DNA from: a virus
IMG/VR virus record: IMGVR_UViG_3300037470_000672
Span: 1-64,000 of that record
Length of the DNA: 64,000 nucleotides
Strand: one strand, 5' to 3'
The notes under the pieces were generated by a model. That model was not told the origin of the DNA, made no database searches, and saw nothing but the letters and a program-made list of their open reading frames with translations. This document shows positions 29,804 through 40,393 of the stretch, in pieces. How positions within the stretch are numbered: the stretch's first letter is position 1; every line of letters starts with the position of its first letter. The position numbers and the translations under genes were made by a program.

Positions 29804-32800
29804 TCAAGCCCCTCTTGCGGAACTCTCTGCTGCGCAGACGTACAAGCCCCCACCGGCTGCGAAGACTGCCGAAAACACCCCAACAGGGGGCGCCCCTGCG
29901 GCCGGAAATACTTCCTCGACAATGGCAACGATCAAGCTCCTCGGCACCACTCCTCGTGCTACCGGCTTTTGGCCCTGGGCGCGAATAGCGTCCCAGTCGT
30001 GCCCGGGTATGAGGAGGTCAACGAGGGTCGTCCACGCCGGGTCGTCGACGTCTATGCAGACGACACAGAAAGCGCCGCCCTCTTCCTGCGCCTTCTGGGC
30101 AGATCTTTGTTCCAGCTCTACCAAGCGTGCTCGGTTGGCTTGAAAGAACTCCCACCTCTGTATGTCGGTGATACCGAAGCCGTCCTTGGGAAGGTAAGCC
30201 ACAGGCTCGCCGTCATCGTTGACGTAGACCTCACGGGCGTCTTTGGGGATGTCGGTCACACCGCCTCCCGCACAGCCTCGGGCTTCCAGTCCCGGCCGCC
30301 GTACTTGCGCCGCCGCTTCAATGTGCTCGTCACCAGGTTCCCCACAGCGTCCTCGATGGACGCCGCCGGCCCGTAGTAGCCGTGGGTGGCGTCCTCGCCG
30401 CAGTCCCAGGAGTTTTCCCCCTTACCGGGGAAGGGGACGGGGTCCGTCATGTCGATGTCGACGGCGGTCCATTGTTGCTTGGCAGGCCACCACGGCCAGC
30501 GCTTGCGCTTGCGCTTGCGACCGCGGACCTTGAGCGTTGCTGTCCCGGCGTAGTTGGCTTCCGGCATCGGAACGGTGATGGGCTCGGTGTGGAGCACCAT
30601 GTCTTCGAGCTTCGTGCGCCCGAAAACCGTGTCCAGTGGATACCAATTGAAGCGGCGGCGGTACTTGGACCAAAAGGAGACACGGTTCCGGGATTCGGCA
30701 TCGTAGGCCCACAACGAGACCCAAATCGCCCAGTGGTGGATGGAGAACCTCAGATCGTACCAGTCGTACGTGTTGTGGAGCTTGCGCAGCGCACGCAGAT
30801 CGATGCAGAACCACAGCGAGATCGGCGGAAAGGCGAAGTGGAAGCAGAACCCGTCCTCGCAGTTGACACTCACACCGGCGCCACATGAGCGAGACCATAG
30901 GTTCCACTCCCAGCGGAGATTGAGCCAGCCGCCCCCGACCCTTTTACCGAAGGTCGCCCAAGCACGGCCGTGACGGAGGATGGACCCAGACGCCTTGAAG
31001 CCCCTGTCTCCGGGCTTCTGGTTGAGGTTCTGGTGGTGGCCGTGGATGCTGATGAGAGCGAGCAAGCGCCAGATCATGAGAGAACCCCCTTGGCGACAAC
31101 GCGGTCGCCCTCGATCAGCTCGAAGGTGCGACGCGGAACCATCAAATCGTGGTCCCCCTTGTCCGAGAGGAACGCCACGCGCGCGGTGACCTCCTCACCG
31201 CGCACCTCTTCGATGTCGACGACGAGGCCCCACTTGGCAGGTTTGCCGCCGATGCGCGCGAGCGCGACGTAGCGCCCATCAGGCACGGACCGTAGGAAGC
31301 GGATGGTGGCGAGATAGGTACGTTGAGGCTTGGTCGTGCCGTAGGTGTAGTCCAGGAGGAAGAGGACGCCGGTCGGCCCAGGCATCGGTTGGACAGATAT
31401 CAACTCGTGCGCGAAGGTACGTTGGGTCTTGTTCCAGTCCTTGACGTCCGCCGGATCGAGGTCGAACCCGCGAAGTTTGGCCCAAGCCTGTAAATGCTCC
31501 AGGATGTCCGAGCTGATGTGCTTGGCACCAACAGTGAGCGGCGGGTCGAGCGACGTCAGGTAGGCGGCGAAGTCGAAGAGGGCTCCGGCGACGGCGGGCT
31601 GGTTCATGAGGGGTCCTCCAAAGCATCGAGCACAGACGCCCGGTACAAGGTAGCGGTGCGATGCGCACGCCCTCCGTCACCTTTGTCGGTGACGGTCACC
31701 GTGCCGGCGCAGCCCTTCTGCGTCAACAAGTCGATGAGGGGCTTGAGGTGGTCTCGGATGCGGCGGATGCGCGCCGTCAGCGCGTCGCACTCCTGAGCGA
31801 ACGGGAGCAATGAGCGGAGCATCTTCTTGCCACTGGGCTCAGTGATGGGGTGGCTTGTGATCTTGGCCAAGTGCTCACGAACCTGCTCCAGCGCACCCAT
31901 CGAGGCCATCGACTCCAGTTGAATAAAGATTCCCATCGCCATCTTGGCAACTTGGCCGTTCTCGGTGTCCTTGAGCATGTCGCGCATCTTGTCGCGCTCG
32001 TCTTCGAGCTTCTCCTCACGGCGCTGTGACTGCTTGAGCGCCATCTCCAGTTTCTCCAGGTTTTCCTGCCACTGCTCAACAGCGCGTGCGTGAGCTTGGA
32101 CTTCCTCTCGGAGGTTCTGCGCGTCGTCCGGCGGTAACCACCCGGCGTTCAGCAGGTGCCTGTAGGAACCGGTGTACCACTGGCTCGGGTCGCCGGTGTA
32201 GACCGGGATGTCGGTCATAGGTGAGAGCCCTGCAAGCCGAAAGGAAGGCTTGTGCCTAGAGGCAACACCCACAGGTGGTACCAGTTCTGCTGGTCAACGA
32301 CTTCATCGTCGGGTGGGTAGATTTCGACTCCCACCCGTTCGGCGCCGTCGGGGAGCAGCTCGCGCTTGATCTGTTGAAGGGTTGCCCACGATCGGATCGG
32401 TTTTCGGTCCGCGCGCCGGATGGCCAAACGTTCGACGAGTCCCCAGTCGGTGTCGTGTTCGCACAACAGGACTTCGTAGTGGTTGTTGTACCAGGCGCGT
32501 GTGACGGAGGAGAGTCCGGCGGCGGGGATGCGGACCTCATTGTTGGCAGCGGAGTCGAGCGCCAAGACCTCACCAATCCGGGCATGGACATCAGGGAGTT
32601 CTGTCCAGCCTCCCACAGGGCCTCGCAGCAACCGCACGCCGACGGCGTCCGCCTTCCTGGCGGCTTTCTTCATCTGGCGGCGCTGTGCTCGGCTGCTCAT
32701 TGATGGGGTCTGCCCGTACGGCTCAGCGGTTCTTCTTACGCGCAGCCTTCTGCGCCTTGCGGCGTTTCTTGCGCTTCGCCTGGTGGTCGGCCGGAAGTCG

Positions 32801-33650
32801 GCGAATCGTGACCTTCTTGTTCTCGGGATTGTGTACGGCTTTGAGGATCTGCTCGTCGGTCGGGTCAAACGTTTCGATCTCTTCCCCGCTGTAACGCTGC
32901 TCTTGCATCAGACTTCCACCATCTCAGCATCCTCCGCCACAAACCAGTCCGGCAGCAGGTTGTGCTTCTCCAGCCACTGGTTGACGACTTGGTTGACAAC
33001 CTCTTCCAGCTCCCCCTGTTTCTCGTGGGAGACGGCATCGAGCCAGGAGTGGTCTGGAAGAGCCCCCTCCGAGTCGTACATGTTGTCGGCGAGGACATCG
33101 AGTATCCATTCACCGTGGAGCTTGGGGACGCGGGGCTTGCGACACCTACCCACAGGCTCGACTCCTCTCCGTTCTCACGGAGGTACGGCACATAGCTCCG
33201 CGGAAGACCAGCGTCCAGGCGCGCTTCTCATGCAGGGGAACCTTAGTTTTTGCGCGGACGCGGGTCTTACGAGCCTCCTGCGCCTGCTTCTGTTTGGCTC
33301 GCCACGCCTTGCGGTGCTCGCGCCGCTGTTCCTTGGTCATGGCGTTGAGCTTGTTGCGGCGGGCGGTCTTGCCGTTGGGTCGGCCTACCTCGCCGCGCTC
33401 CCCTCTGGTGAACACGACGGGCTCGTTGTCTTCGCTCACAGGTTCTTCTCCTTCAGTCTTCGACGGCTTGGAAGCCCTCTTCGCGTTCCAGCGCTTCGTT
33501 GATGTAGGTGCGGATCTTCTTCAGATCGCTGACCTTGGTAGCCCCGCCCTTTTTGCCGGCGCGCCACAGGTACTTGAGCGCGTTGCCCAGGTAGAAGTCG
33601 AACCGCTGAAGCAGCGTACGAGCCTGCTGGAGCCAGAGGAAGTTGCTCAT
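29804..33650 (-). other. Run of hypothetical phage ORFs (29804-30259, 30256-31077, 31074-31607, 31604-32218, 32215-32700, 32723-32908, 32908-33153, 33146-33439)
   Basis: Chained 4-bp start/stop overlaps; no confident family assignment. Confidence 0.65.
33453..33650 (-). CDS. DUF3310-like short protein
   Basis: FYLGNALKYLWRAGKKG...DLKK motif. Confidence 0.75.
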   Translation of the reverse strand: MSNFLWLQQARTLLQRFDFYLGNALKYLWRAGKKGGATKVSDLKKIRTYINEALEREEGFQAVED

Positions 33651-33795
33651 GTCCCCTTTCGGTACTTCCGGCCGCAGAATTCACAACGGCCGGTGTGGGG
33701 GTTCCACTGGCGGTTGCGCAGATCGCAGTCGCACGGCTCGTCCTTGATGCGGGTAGGTTTTACCGGCGGAGGGTTGGTCTCGCTCATCGCTTCGC

Positions 33796-33824
33796 ACTAT
33801 AGACTCGGAACGCTTTCTTGACAA
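33796..33824 (-). promoter_or_regulatory. Sigma70-type promoter
   Basis: TTGTCA-17-TATAGT. Confidence 0.7.
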
Positions 33825-33870
33825 GGCGAAAAGCACCTACTCACCTCAGCCGCCGATCTTGCCCGTACCA

Positions 33871-33906
33871 GTCTCGGAATTTCAAAGATCCGAGCATCCG
33901 TTCACC
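33871..33906 (-). CRISPR. Solitary CRISPR repeat
   Basis: GTCTCGGAATTTCAAAGATCCGAGCATCCGTTCACC, 40 nt past the stop of 33947-34174. Confidence 0.9.
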
Positions 33907-33946
33907 GTGAAAACGGCGCCACAGAGGCGGGTGGCAGGACAACCAA

Positions 33947-34174
33947 CTAGGCGGCTGAGGGCGGAGTGAAGCCAGGGTCTGTCGGCTCCCCCGCAAGCCC
34001 CTCCAAGAGGACGAGCTTGCCGTCCTTCTCGGAGAAGACTTGCTCAGCCTCGGCCGCTACCTCGTGAGCAGTAACCGCCAGCATCTTCAGCCGGGACAGT
34101 CCAGGCTGAATGGCGCCCTCACGGCGGAGCAACTCGGCGAATGTGAGCGCCTGAAGCATCTCTTGGCGGGTCAC
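33947..34174 (-). CDS. Hypothetical protein, 75 aa
   Basis: GTG start overlapping the stop of the upstream ORF. Confidence 0.6.
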   Translation of the reverse strand: MTRQEMLQALTFAELLRREGAIQPGLSRLKMLAVTAHEVAAEAEQVFSEKDGKLVLLEGLAGEPTDPGFTPPSAA

Positions 34175-34323
34175 TGATCGTCATCCTCGTCGTCTGCCGG
34201 CGAAGGCTTCTGCCGCTTCTGCTTCTTGGGGTCAGCCTCCTTGGCGTCTTCGGTCAAGGGCTTCCCGCTTGGGTAGGGCATGTCCTCGGTGATCATTTCG
34301 CCACTGGGTCTGGGCTGGACCAT
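34171..34323 (-). CDS. Hypothetical protein, 50 aa (not in the ORF track)
   Basis: GGAGG-6nt-ATG; MVQPRPSGEM...SPADDEDDDQ; its stop overlaps the next start. Confidence 0.6.
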   Translation of the reverse strand: MVQPRPSGEMITEDMPYPSGKPLTEDAKEADPKKQKRQKPSPADDEDDDQ

Positions 34324-34345
34324 CGAATCCTCCGTAGTTGTCCTG

Positions 34346-34381
34346 GTCTCGGAATTTCAAGGACCTGAGCATCCACTCAAG
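34346..34381 (-). CRISPR. Solitary degenerate CRISPR repeat in a gene junction
   Basis: GTCTCGGAATTTCAAGGACCTGAGCATCCACTCAAG; overlaps the stop of 34377-34739 and lies 22 nt upstream of the ATG at 34323. Confidence 0.85.
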
Positions 34382-34739
34382 CGACCGCAGGCATCCAGCG
34401 AAACCCCATGAACTGAAAGATCCTGCGCAGCTCCTTGGTGAGCTTCAAACGGTCTTTCTCCGTCTTCACCTTCACCGTGTGCAGGTATTCACAATCGGTC
34501 CGCGACGGGGCGTCCAGAACCAGGCGCACCGACACCAAGCCGGAGTCCAAGCAGCGCAACTCACCTCGGAAATCTCGGTTCGCAACCAACGTGAAATCGA
34601 CCCCCACACCCGGCAAACCTCGCTTCCGAGTGCACAAAAGGTCCAAGCCGAACATCTCCAGCACAGACAGGAGCCGAGCCATGTTCTGGCCGCTCAGGGC
34701 GTCGCTCTTCAATCTTCGTAAGACCTCAGATAACGGCAC
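34377..34739 (-). CDS. Hypothetical protein, 120 aa
   Basis: ORF between two repeats. Confidence 0.6.
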   Translation of the reverse strand: MPLSEVLRRLKSDALSGQNMARLLSVLEMFGLDLLCTRKRGLPGVGVDFTLVANRDFRGELRCLDSGLVSVRLVLDAPSRTDCEYLHTVKVKTEKDRLKLTKELRRIFQFMGFRWMPAVA

Positions 34740-34899
34740 TTGAGCGTCCTTTGGATAGAAGAGTCAGGCGAGCGGTCCGTAGCGGCCCTGGGGGGTATGG
34801 ATCGCAGACCGCTCGCCTGACCCAAGCGAGACCAATGGGAAGGTAGGCCCCTACAAAGGGTAGTAGCCACCGTTTTGGTTGTCAAATTCGGGGCTTCTC

Positions 34900-35328
34900 T
34901 CATCGAGCCTCGGTCCAAAACTCCCGAGGACTGATCTGCAAAGCCCTAGCTACCGCCTCCAGCGTTGACACCCGGGTATCGTTTTCTGATGCGTTCAGCA
35001 TCCGATAGAGGCTGCTCCGAGACACCCCCGACCGCTGAGCAAGCGTATCGTAGGTCAAACCGAGCCGGCTCATTCGCTTTTTGACGACCTCGGTGAGACA
35101 AAATTGAAAGGCCACAGCCGATATTTTTTGAACCGGTTGTGCTCGCTTACGGGTGTACAGGCGCTTGCGCCGTTGAATAAGGGCCAAGCTCAGGCGCTTC
35201 ATCCCCCCTTCCGTGAACTCCACATCAACTTGACCCGAGGACGGATGAACAGCCCGGACGATGCCGGGCTGTTTGTCGGAGAGGGTCTCCACCTGGGAGC
35301 CTTCTTTGATGGGCCGGTAGCGGGGCAT
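34900..35328 (-). CDS. XRE-family HTH transcriptional regulator with an N-terminal extra domain
   Basis: RMSRLGLTYDTLAQRSGVSRSSLYRMLN...RVSTLEAVARALQI. Confidence 0.85.
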   Translation of the reverse strand: MPRYRPIKEGSQVETLSDKQPGIVRAVHPSSGQVDVEFTEGGMKRLSLALIQRRKRLYTRKRAQPVQKISAVAFQFCLTEVVKKRMSRLGLTYDTLAQRSGVSRSSLYRMLNASENDTRVSTLEAVARALQISPREFWTEAR

Positions 35329-35342
35329 GCTCTCTTGTCTCG

Positions 35343-35378
35343 GTCTCGGAATTTCAAAGATCCGAGCATCTTTTCAAG
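35343..35378 (-). CRISPR. Solitary CRISPR repeat in the 5' UTR of the XRE gene
   Basis: GTCTCGGAATTTCAAAGATCCGAGCATCTTTTCAAG; 14 nt from the ATG at 35328. Confidence 0.92.
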
Positions 35379-35571
35379 ACAACAAACAACTCATCACACG
35401 CCAGCTCGGCCGCGTGCGACCATGTCCGTCCGTCGTCCGGGTCTTCACTTCGCGTGACATACTCCAGCTTCTGGACTGCTTTGAGCAGTTTCCCTAGCTT
35501 GGCGCAGGGACTGCAAAGCGCCAGCGGCGCGTTGCAGTCGCCGCAGAAAGCGCACTCGGACTCGGAGCTGC

Positions 35572-35919
35572 TCATGCGCCGTCTCCGGCGTCTTTGCGGA
35601 TCCAATCCTCCGCAGCCTCCAGCCCGTCGATTGCATCCTTGATGTCCCGATCTTGAATGAAGCGCATCACCTGCTCTTCACCATCTCGCTGCCGCACCCT
35701 GCCGACCGAGACAGAGTACATGCGGCCGTTCTGCCCCTCCGCCGTCTGTACCTGGGTACGAACGTGACCGAAGTCGAAGTTGGTGGCGTTTTGCCACTCC
35801 AAACGGGGGCGCGGTGTACGCGCGGCGTACCCACCCTGCGACCGATCGCTGTACCCCTCCTGTGAGGGGTTCCCGTTGTACGACAGATTACTGTTTTGAC
35901 GGTGGTTCCTCTTGCCCAT
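35572..35919 (-). CDS. Hypothetical protein, 115 aa
   Basis: ORF behind a TTGACA-16-TATAGT promoter at 35957-35984. Confidence 0.65.
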   Translation of the reverse strand: MGKRNHRQNSNLSYNGNPSQEGYSDRSQGGYAARTPRPRLEWQNATNFDFGHVRTQVQTAEGQNGRMYSVSVGRVRQRDGEEQVMRFIQDRDIKDAIDGLEAAEDWIRKDAGDGA

Positions 35920-36413
35920 GGTCTTGTGTTTCCCTCAGTCGTTGGGTGCCGGCTTGACTATACGCAGGACGCTTGGTGTGTCAAGCACGGTACAGGAAAA
36001 ACGCCGTACACGGCGCCAGTTCAGTTTTCTGGATCGGGTTCGGGTGATGCGGAGGGTGGGACCAACTCCTGGAAGCGGGGAGCGATTATTCCTTCCAGCT
36101 CTTCCAATCGCCCATGGACACGTAGTCCTTGGGACACCTGCTCAGCGATGCGCGCCAGACACTTGGTTCGCCCGCAGAAACATAGATTGTTGGGCTCGTC
36201 CGTCATGTGTCTCCCGGAAGGTTCCCATGGTCCACGAAGTGTTGGAGCAATGGAAGCAACACGGCTACTTGCCAGCGCGTCAGAAGCGACCGACGTCGCC
36301 GTCGCGCGCGGCCTCACGCAGCTCCGCGCATGCTTCGAGCTGATCTTCCAACTCCGCGACGCGCTGTTCGAGGTCTTTCACATCGAAAGCGCTCATGCGC
36401 TTCTTTGAGGAGA

Positions 36414-36443
36414 AAGGGGAGCGCTCCGCAGAGCGCTCCCCTT
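36414..36443 (-). terminator. Probable terminator downstream of ardC
   Basis: 13-bp stem AAGGGGAGCGCTC/GAGCGCTCCCCTT with a 4-nt loop. Confidence 0.75.
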
Positions 36444-36452
36444 GGTTAAGGG

Positions 36453-37424
36453 TCATGCCGCCATCAGGCAGGCGTTCTCGGCCTTGAGTCGCTCGATTTC
36501 GGCCTTCATCTCGGCCAGGGTCATCTCGCTGGCTTTCTTGTCCTTGGCCGGCTTGGGCGCCTGCTCCTCGACGAAGGTGAGGATCTCTGCCGTCGCCTTC
36601 TGCACCCGGTCCGCCACCTTCTCGACCTTCTCCGGGTCGGAGCCGCTCCAGTGCGCGACGTAGCCAAAGGAGTAGCTGGCAGAGTCGACCCCCAGCGCGC
36701 TCATGACGCAGTAGGCCACGCTCTCGGCCTCCACCTCGCGGTAGTCCGTGGGGGTGTGGCACAAGCCCGACTCCTTGCTGTGCAGGATGACGTGGGCCAG
36801 CTCGTGGGCCAGGGTCTTGGCCTGCTGTGCCGGGCTGTTGGCCTCGTTGAGCGCGATGCGCTTCTCCGAGAAGACCACGTAGCCGCCCATGCCGTCGATC
36901 ATGCGCTCGGTCTCGATCGTGTAGCCCTTCTTTTGGGCCAGGTTGCTGAGCGCCGTGAACGCGAGGTCAGCGGCCGGAGACGAGCCGTCGAGGGTCTGGA
37001 TGACGTCCAGCTCGGGCAGGTCCGGACCCTCGGTCTGCGCGATGTCGTAGACGAAGACGGTCTTGAAGAATCGAACGAAGCGGTAGGGCTTCTCCTGCCC
37101 GTCTTCCGTCCGCTTACCCCAGCCGAAGATGGGGGCGCGGATGGCGATCTTTTTCTCGCTGGCCTTCACCCGACGACCGGTGCGGGTCTCCCACTGCCGA
37201 CGCCCCATGACGCGCGAGGCGCCCGGACGCTGGAGGTGGATGAGGAGCTGGTTGGTCCAGGAATACTTCCAGAACATCGCCTGGAAGGCGAGGAACTGGA
37301 CCCAGGCGTTCGAACCGATGAGCGCTTCGACGCCGCGCTTCATCTGCTCGACGAGGTCTTTCGCCTCGCTCTCCTTCTGGGCTTTGAACTGCGCCTTCTG
37401 GTCGGGAGTGAACTGCTTGCCCAT
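36453..37424 (-). CDS. ardC: ArdC-family ssDNA-binding antirestriction protein with a metallopeptidase-like C-terminal domain
   Basis: YSWTNQLLIHLQRP...QW...GRRVK.SEK; TLAHELAH; EVEAESVAY. Confidence 0.85.
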   Translation of the reverse strand: MGKQFTPDQKAQFKAQKESEAKDLVEQMKRGVEALIGSNAWVQFLAFQAMFWKYSWTNQLLIHLQRPGASRVMGRRQWETRTGRRVKASEKKIAIRAPIFGWGKRTEDGQEKPYRFVRFFKTVFVYDIAQTEGPDLPELDVIQTLDGSSPAADLAFTALSNLAQKKGYTIETERMIDGMGGYVVFSEKRIALNEANSPAQQAKTLAHELAHVILHSKESGLCHTPTDYREVEAESVAYCVMSALGVDSASYSFGYVAHWSGSDPEKVEKVADRVQKATAEILTFVEEQAPKPAKDKKASEMTLAEMKAEIERLKAENACLMAA

Positions 37425-37438
37425 CGTCTATCCTCCTT

Positions 37439-37496
37439 CAGCGATCCTTCGCTGATCTGATTTGACAATCGTAGTCCTACAGTGTTTGTGTGTCAA
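37439..37496 (-). promoter_or_regulatory. Sigma70-type promoter with hairpin leader (ardC)
   Basis: TTGACA-17-TACGAT; CAGATCAGCGA-AGGA-TCGCTG-AAGGAGG. Confidence 0.88.
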
Positions 37497-38173
37497 GCAC
37501 GGATCCGAAAAAGATCAGATCTGCGTGTGCGCGCGGTCACCGTCCACAAAGAAGAACCCCCGGCGACGCTCACTGCGGCCGGGGGCTTTCCTCTGTGTGT
37601 ACTCACACCAGTTCGGGGCGGTCGTAGCCCCAACGCTTAACCGTAGTCCGTTTGCTCAGATCGGTTCGCCCGATGCGCTGTCTTGGGCACGCTAGCCGCC
37701 CAGCTTGCGATCTGACTGTTGGACCGTGGTTGTCCACCGACAAGGTAGAAGAGCATTGCCCGTAGGACGGCTTCAACTCCTTGTTGGCGGGGTGAAAAGC
37801 TACCTTAAACGCGGTCTTTTTCTGGGTCAAGTGTGGGACACAGATCATTTCACCAGTAGGGTCTCGACCAGTGTGGCAAAGCAGATCGCCTTACTCAGCT
37901 CACGGTGAATGATGATGACCTCGGCGAGGCTCCCCGAAGCTGACTTGACGTGGATGACGGTTCTTCCGTCCGAGTACAGGCGGACCATCGCCTCTACACC
38001 GTCCGTCTGGCTGTGGAAGTTGAGGGAGATGCCGCCACTGGCCGAGTCCGGCAGCGTGCCTGCCTCGTAGGCGTCGGCCAAGGCTTCCAGCTCCTCAACC
38101 TCTTCGCGCTGCGGGTAGAAGCCGGAGCAGAGACTGATCTCGCCAAGGCTCTGTCGGAGGAGGCTGTAGTTGA

Positions 38174-38920
38174 TCATGTGCGCCTCGACACGATCGCTTC
38201 GTAGTCCGGCGCGCCCTGGAACTCGATGCTCACGACCGGGCGCTCCTCTTCCGGCAGACTGCGGATGTAGTCGCGGAGCGCGATGGCGGGTTCGTTGGCG
38301 AGGGTCATACCCTCCTCGGGGATCTTCGCCTCGATGTTCTCCAGGTCGAAGCCGGCCTCCTGGAGGGTCGTGAGGGTCTTCTCGTGCTGCTCCTCTTCGT
38401 GCTTCGCGCGCCACTCTTCCTGCTCGCGACGGAACTCCTCGTCACGCTGCTTCGCGCGCTCTTCCATCGCCTCCAAGGCACCAGCAAAGGTCGTGTCGGC
38501 GCTGAGCCCCACCTTCTCCAGGACGCCGAGCACAGCAGCCTCGCGCAGCACCAGGAGCATCTCGTGCTCGTAGACGTGTTGCGGATCGGCGCCCGTCTCA
38601 GCAGGATCGTAGTCCGGCGGGAAGACCGTGAAAGGCTCCGCGACGAAGATCCCTTGGTCACCCGCGTGGTCCGAGGGTCCGTTAAAAACGGTCGGCTCAC
38701 CAGCGTGCTCCCAGCACGCCTCGTGGTAGAGCGCGGCGCTATCAAGCGTCTCGTCCTCTTCGTGACCGATGTTGCCGTAGCCGTCGTAGGTCCCCTTGCA
38801 AACCGAGCCGTCTGGCAGGATGGCCACGGCCTGCTGCATCCAGTCCCGGTAACCGGCCGCCGAATACCCAGAGCGAATCGACCGGCCACAGCTCTTGCAG
38901 TTCCACGAGAAGAAACCCAT
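38174..38920 (-). CDS. Hypothetical protein, 248 aa
   Basis: MGFFSWNCKSC...GTYDGYG phage-type N-terminus. Confidence 0.75.
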   Translation of the reverse strand: MGFFSWNCKSCGRSIRSGYSAAGYRDWMQQAVAILPDGSVCKGTYDGYGNIGHEEDETLDSAALYHEACWEHAGEPTVFNGPSDHAGDQGIFVAEPFTVFPPDYDPAETGADPQHVYEHEMLLVLREAAVLGVLEKVGLSADTTFAGALEAMEERAKQRDEEFRREQEEWRAKHEEEQHEKTLTTLQEAGFDLENIEAKIPEEGMTLANEPAIALRDYIRSLPEEERPVVSIEFQGAPDYEAIVSRRT

Positions 38921-38932
38921 CTTGACCTCCTT

Positions 38933-38990
38933 CAGCGATTCATCGCCGATCTGTTTTTACAAGCCTAAACGTATTGGATACGTAGGGCAA
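38933..38990 (-). promoter_or_regulatory. Sigma70-type promoter with hairpin leader
   Basis: TTGCCC-17-TAGGCT; CAGATCGGCGA-TGAA-TCGCTG-AAGGAGG. Confidence 0.75.
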
Positions 38991-39041
38991 GCACAAAGCG
39001 GGTGTTTGGAGCCGATCTGTTGTGACGGGCGCCCCACCTAA

Positions 39042-39065
39042 CAATCCGCCCGTACGGGCGGTTTG
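39042..39065. repeat. Dispersed palindrome, copy 4
   Basis: CAATCCGCCCGTACGGGCGGTTTG immediately after the stop of 39070-39279. Confidence 0.95.
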
Positions 39066-39069
39066 GGTC

Positions 39070-39279
39070 CTACTTACCTAGCGTCGCAGCTGGCTTCGCG
39101 GTTGGCTTCTCAGCCAGCTTCTGACCAGCGTCCTTCTGCGGCGTCGGTCCGGCGTCAGTCCTGGGCTCGACCGGCGCCTCTTCTTTGGCGGGAGCCTCAG
39201 CGGATTTGTCCGCCTTGGGGGTGCAGGCGATGAGCGCCAGCGCCGAGAGATTGAGACCGATGAGCAGAATGCGCAGCAT
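39070..39279 (-). CDS. Small predicted lipoprotein
   Basis: Signal peptide ending LALIAC. Confidence 0.7.
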   Translation of the reverse strand: MLRILLIGLNLSALALIACTPKADKSAEAPAKEEAPVEPRTDAGPTPQKDAGQKLAEKPTAKPAATLGK

Positions 39280-39321
39280 GTGGAACCTCCATGCGCCGTC
39301 TGCTCCCTCGGGCCTGGACGT

Positions 39322-39993
39322 TCAAGGGGGTTCACGGAGTCCGATGCGGACCTTGAGCCGGTAGGACAACACCAACGAATTCGTACCGAAATCCTTGAAA
39401 ATCGCCTCGGTGACGAAGCGCAGACCCCCGGGTGTAGTGATGGCGGGAGCGATCTCGTACTCGGTCATCGCCAGGGACAGGGTGGTCACGCCGTCGCCGA
39501 GCAACGCCTCATCCTCGACGTAGGCGATCTCAACAGGGGCCGCGCCCTCGGCGCTCACGTACAAGGTGATGTCCTCAAAGAGGGTGGTGATGCTGCGCTC
39601 GTACTGTTCCACCATCTCGAAGGCGACGAACCTGGCTGATTCGATGTCGTCCATGCTGCGCCCAGCTTCTTGTATCCGGGCACGGATGGCGGCGTTCAGG
39701 GCGAACCCGACCTCGGGCGGGACGGTGTTCTCGGGGTAGAGGGGGTAGTACACATTGGACGCGGCAGGGTGGATGTCGTCGTTGTAGCCGTTGATCTGGA
39801 TCAGCTCATCCATCTCGACCTCGACGTACAGCAGGTCGGGGTCGTCTTCGGCTACGACGCCTTGGCCGGGGCCGGCGTCACTCTGTTGGGTCGGATCTGT
39901 ACCGCAGGCGCAAAAAGCCAGGGCGACGAACGGATAGAAGATAAGGGCTCTGTGCATCGTGGCCTCCTGACAGTACAAGAAGCACGTTAACAC
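39322..39993 (-). CDS. Predicted lipoprotein, myxobacterial style
   Basis: MHRALIFYPFVALAFCACG lipobox-like segment followed by SDAGP. Confidence 0.7.
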   Translation of the reverse strand: MLTCFLYCQEATMHRALIFYPFVALAFCACGTDPTQQSDAGPGQGVVAEDDPDLLYVEVEMDELIQINGYNDDIHPAASNVYYPLYPENTVPPEVGFALNAAIRARIQEAGRSMDDIESARFVAFEMVEQYERSITTLFEDITLYVSAEGAAPVEIAYVEDEALLGDGVTTLSLAMTEYEIAPAITTPGGLRFVTEAIFKDFGTNSLVLSYRLKVRIGLREPP

Positions 39994-40097
39994 ATGCCGT
40001 CAAGGGCGCGAAAGCAAAGGGGAAATCTCTAGAAGTCTCCGGAACGTAAAACCCCTTACCTCAGAGAAAGATGGCGGAGAGCGGTGGTCCTGATCCA

Positions 40098-40133
40098 GTC
40101 TCGGAATTTCAAGGATCCGAGCATCCTTTCAAC
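40098..40133 (-). CRISPR. Solitary CRISPR repeat downstream of the second tRNA cluster
   Basis: Identical to the cas12-adjacent repeat, GTCTCGGAATTTCAAGGATCCGAGCATCCTTTCAAC. Confidence 0.95.
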
Positions 40134-40204
40134 ATCCATAACGCATGCGCGTCCTGACGGGTAGCAGCCGTAGCCCGGGCCTCCCGGGTTCACTCTCCAC
40201 AGGT

Positions 40205-40289
40205 TGGCAGCGGGCAGCGGAATCGAACCACGACGCCTAAGCGCCCTCCAGTTTTCAAGACTGGTCGCTCCCCATGAGCAGTACCCGCT
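40205..40289 (-). tRNA. tRNA-Ser(TGA)
   Basis: Arm CCAGT-CTTGAAA-ACTGG; long variable arm; G73 then CCA. Confidence 0.88.
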
Positions 40290-40297
40290 TCATGTAG

Positions 40298-40389
40298 TGG
40301 TGGCCCGAGCGAGAGTCGAACTCGCATGCCCCTCACAAGGCACCAGGGTCTGAGCCTGGCGTGTCTACCGGAAATTCCACCATCGGGCC
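40298..40389 (-). tRNA. tRNA-Leu(CAG)
   Basis: Arm CCAGG-CTCAGAC-CCTGG; long variable arm; CCA. Confidence 0.9.
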
Positions 40390-40393
40390 ATTG

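Noticed and set aside
33802-40044. GACTCGGAA at 33802 and GTCTCCGGAA at 40035 as decayed partner repeats
   Set aside because: Only 9-10 nt resemble the repeat end, spacing is off, and the first overlaps a promoter
40068-40082. CTCTCCGCCA (minus strand) beside repeat 40098 resembles a tRNA-Ser 3' end or att site
   Set aside because: Ten nt only, no T arm upstream, and no integrase in the window
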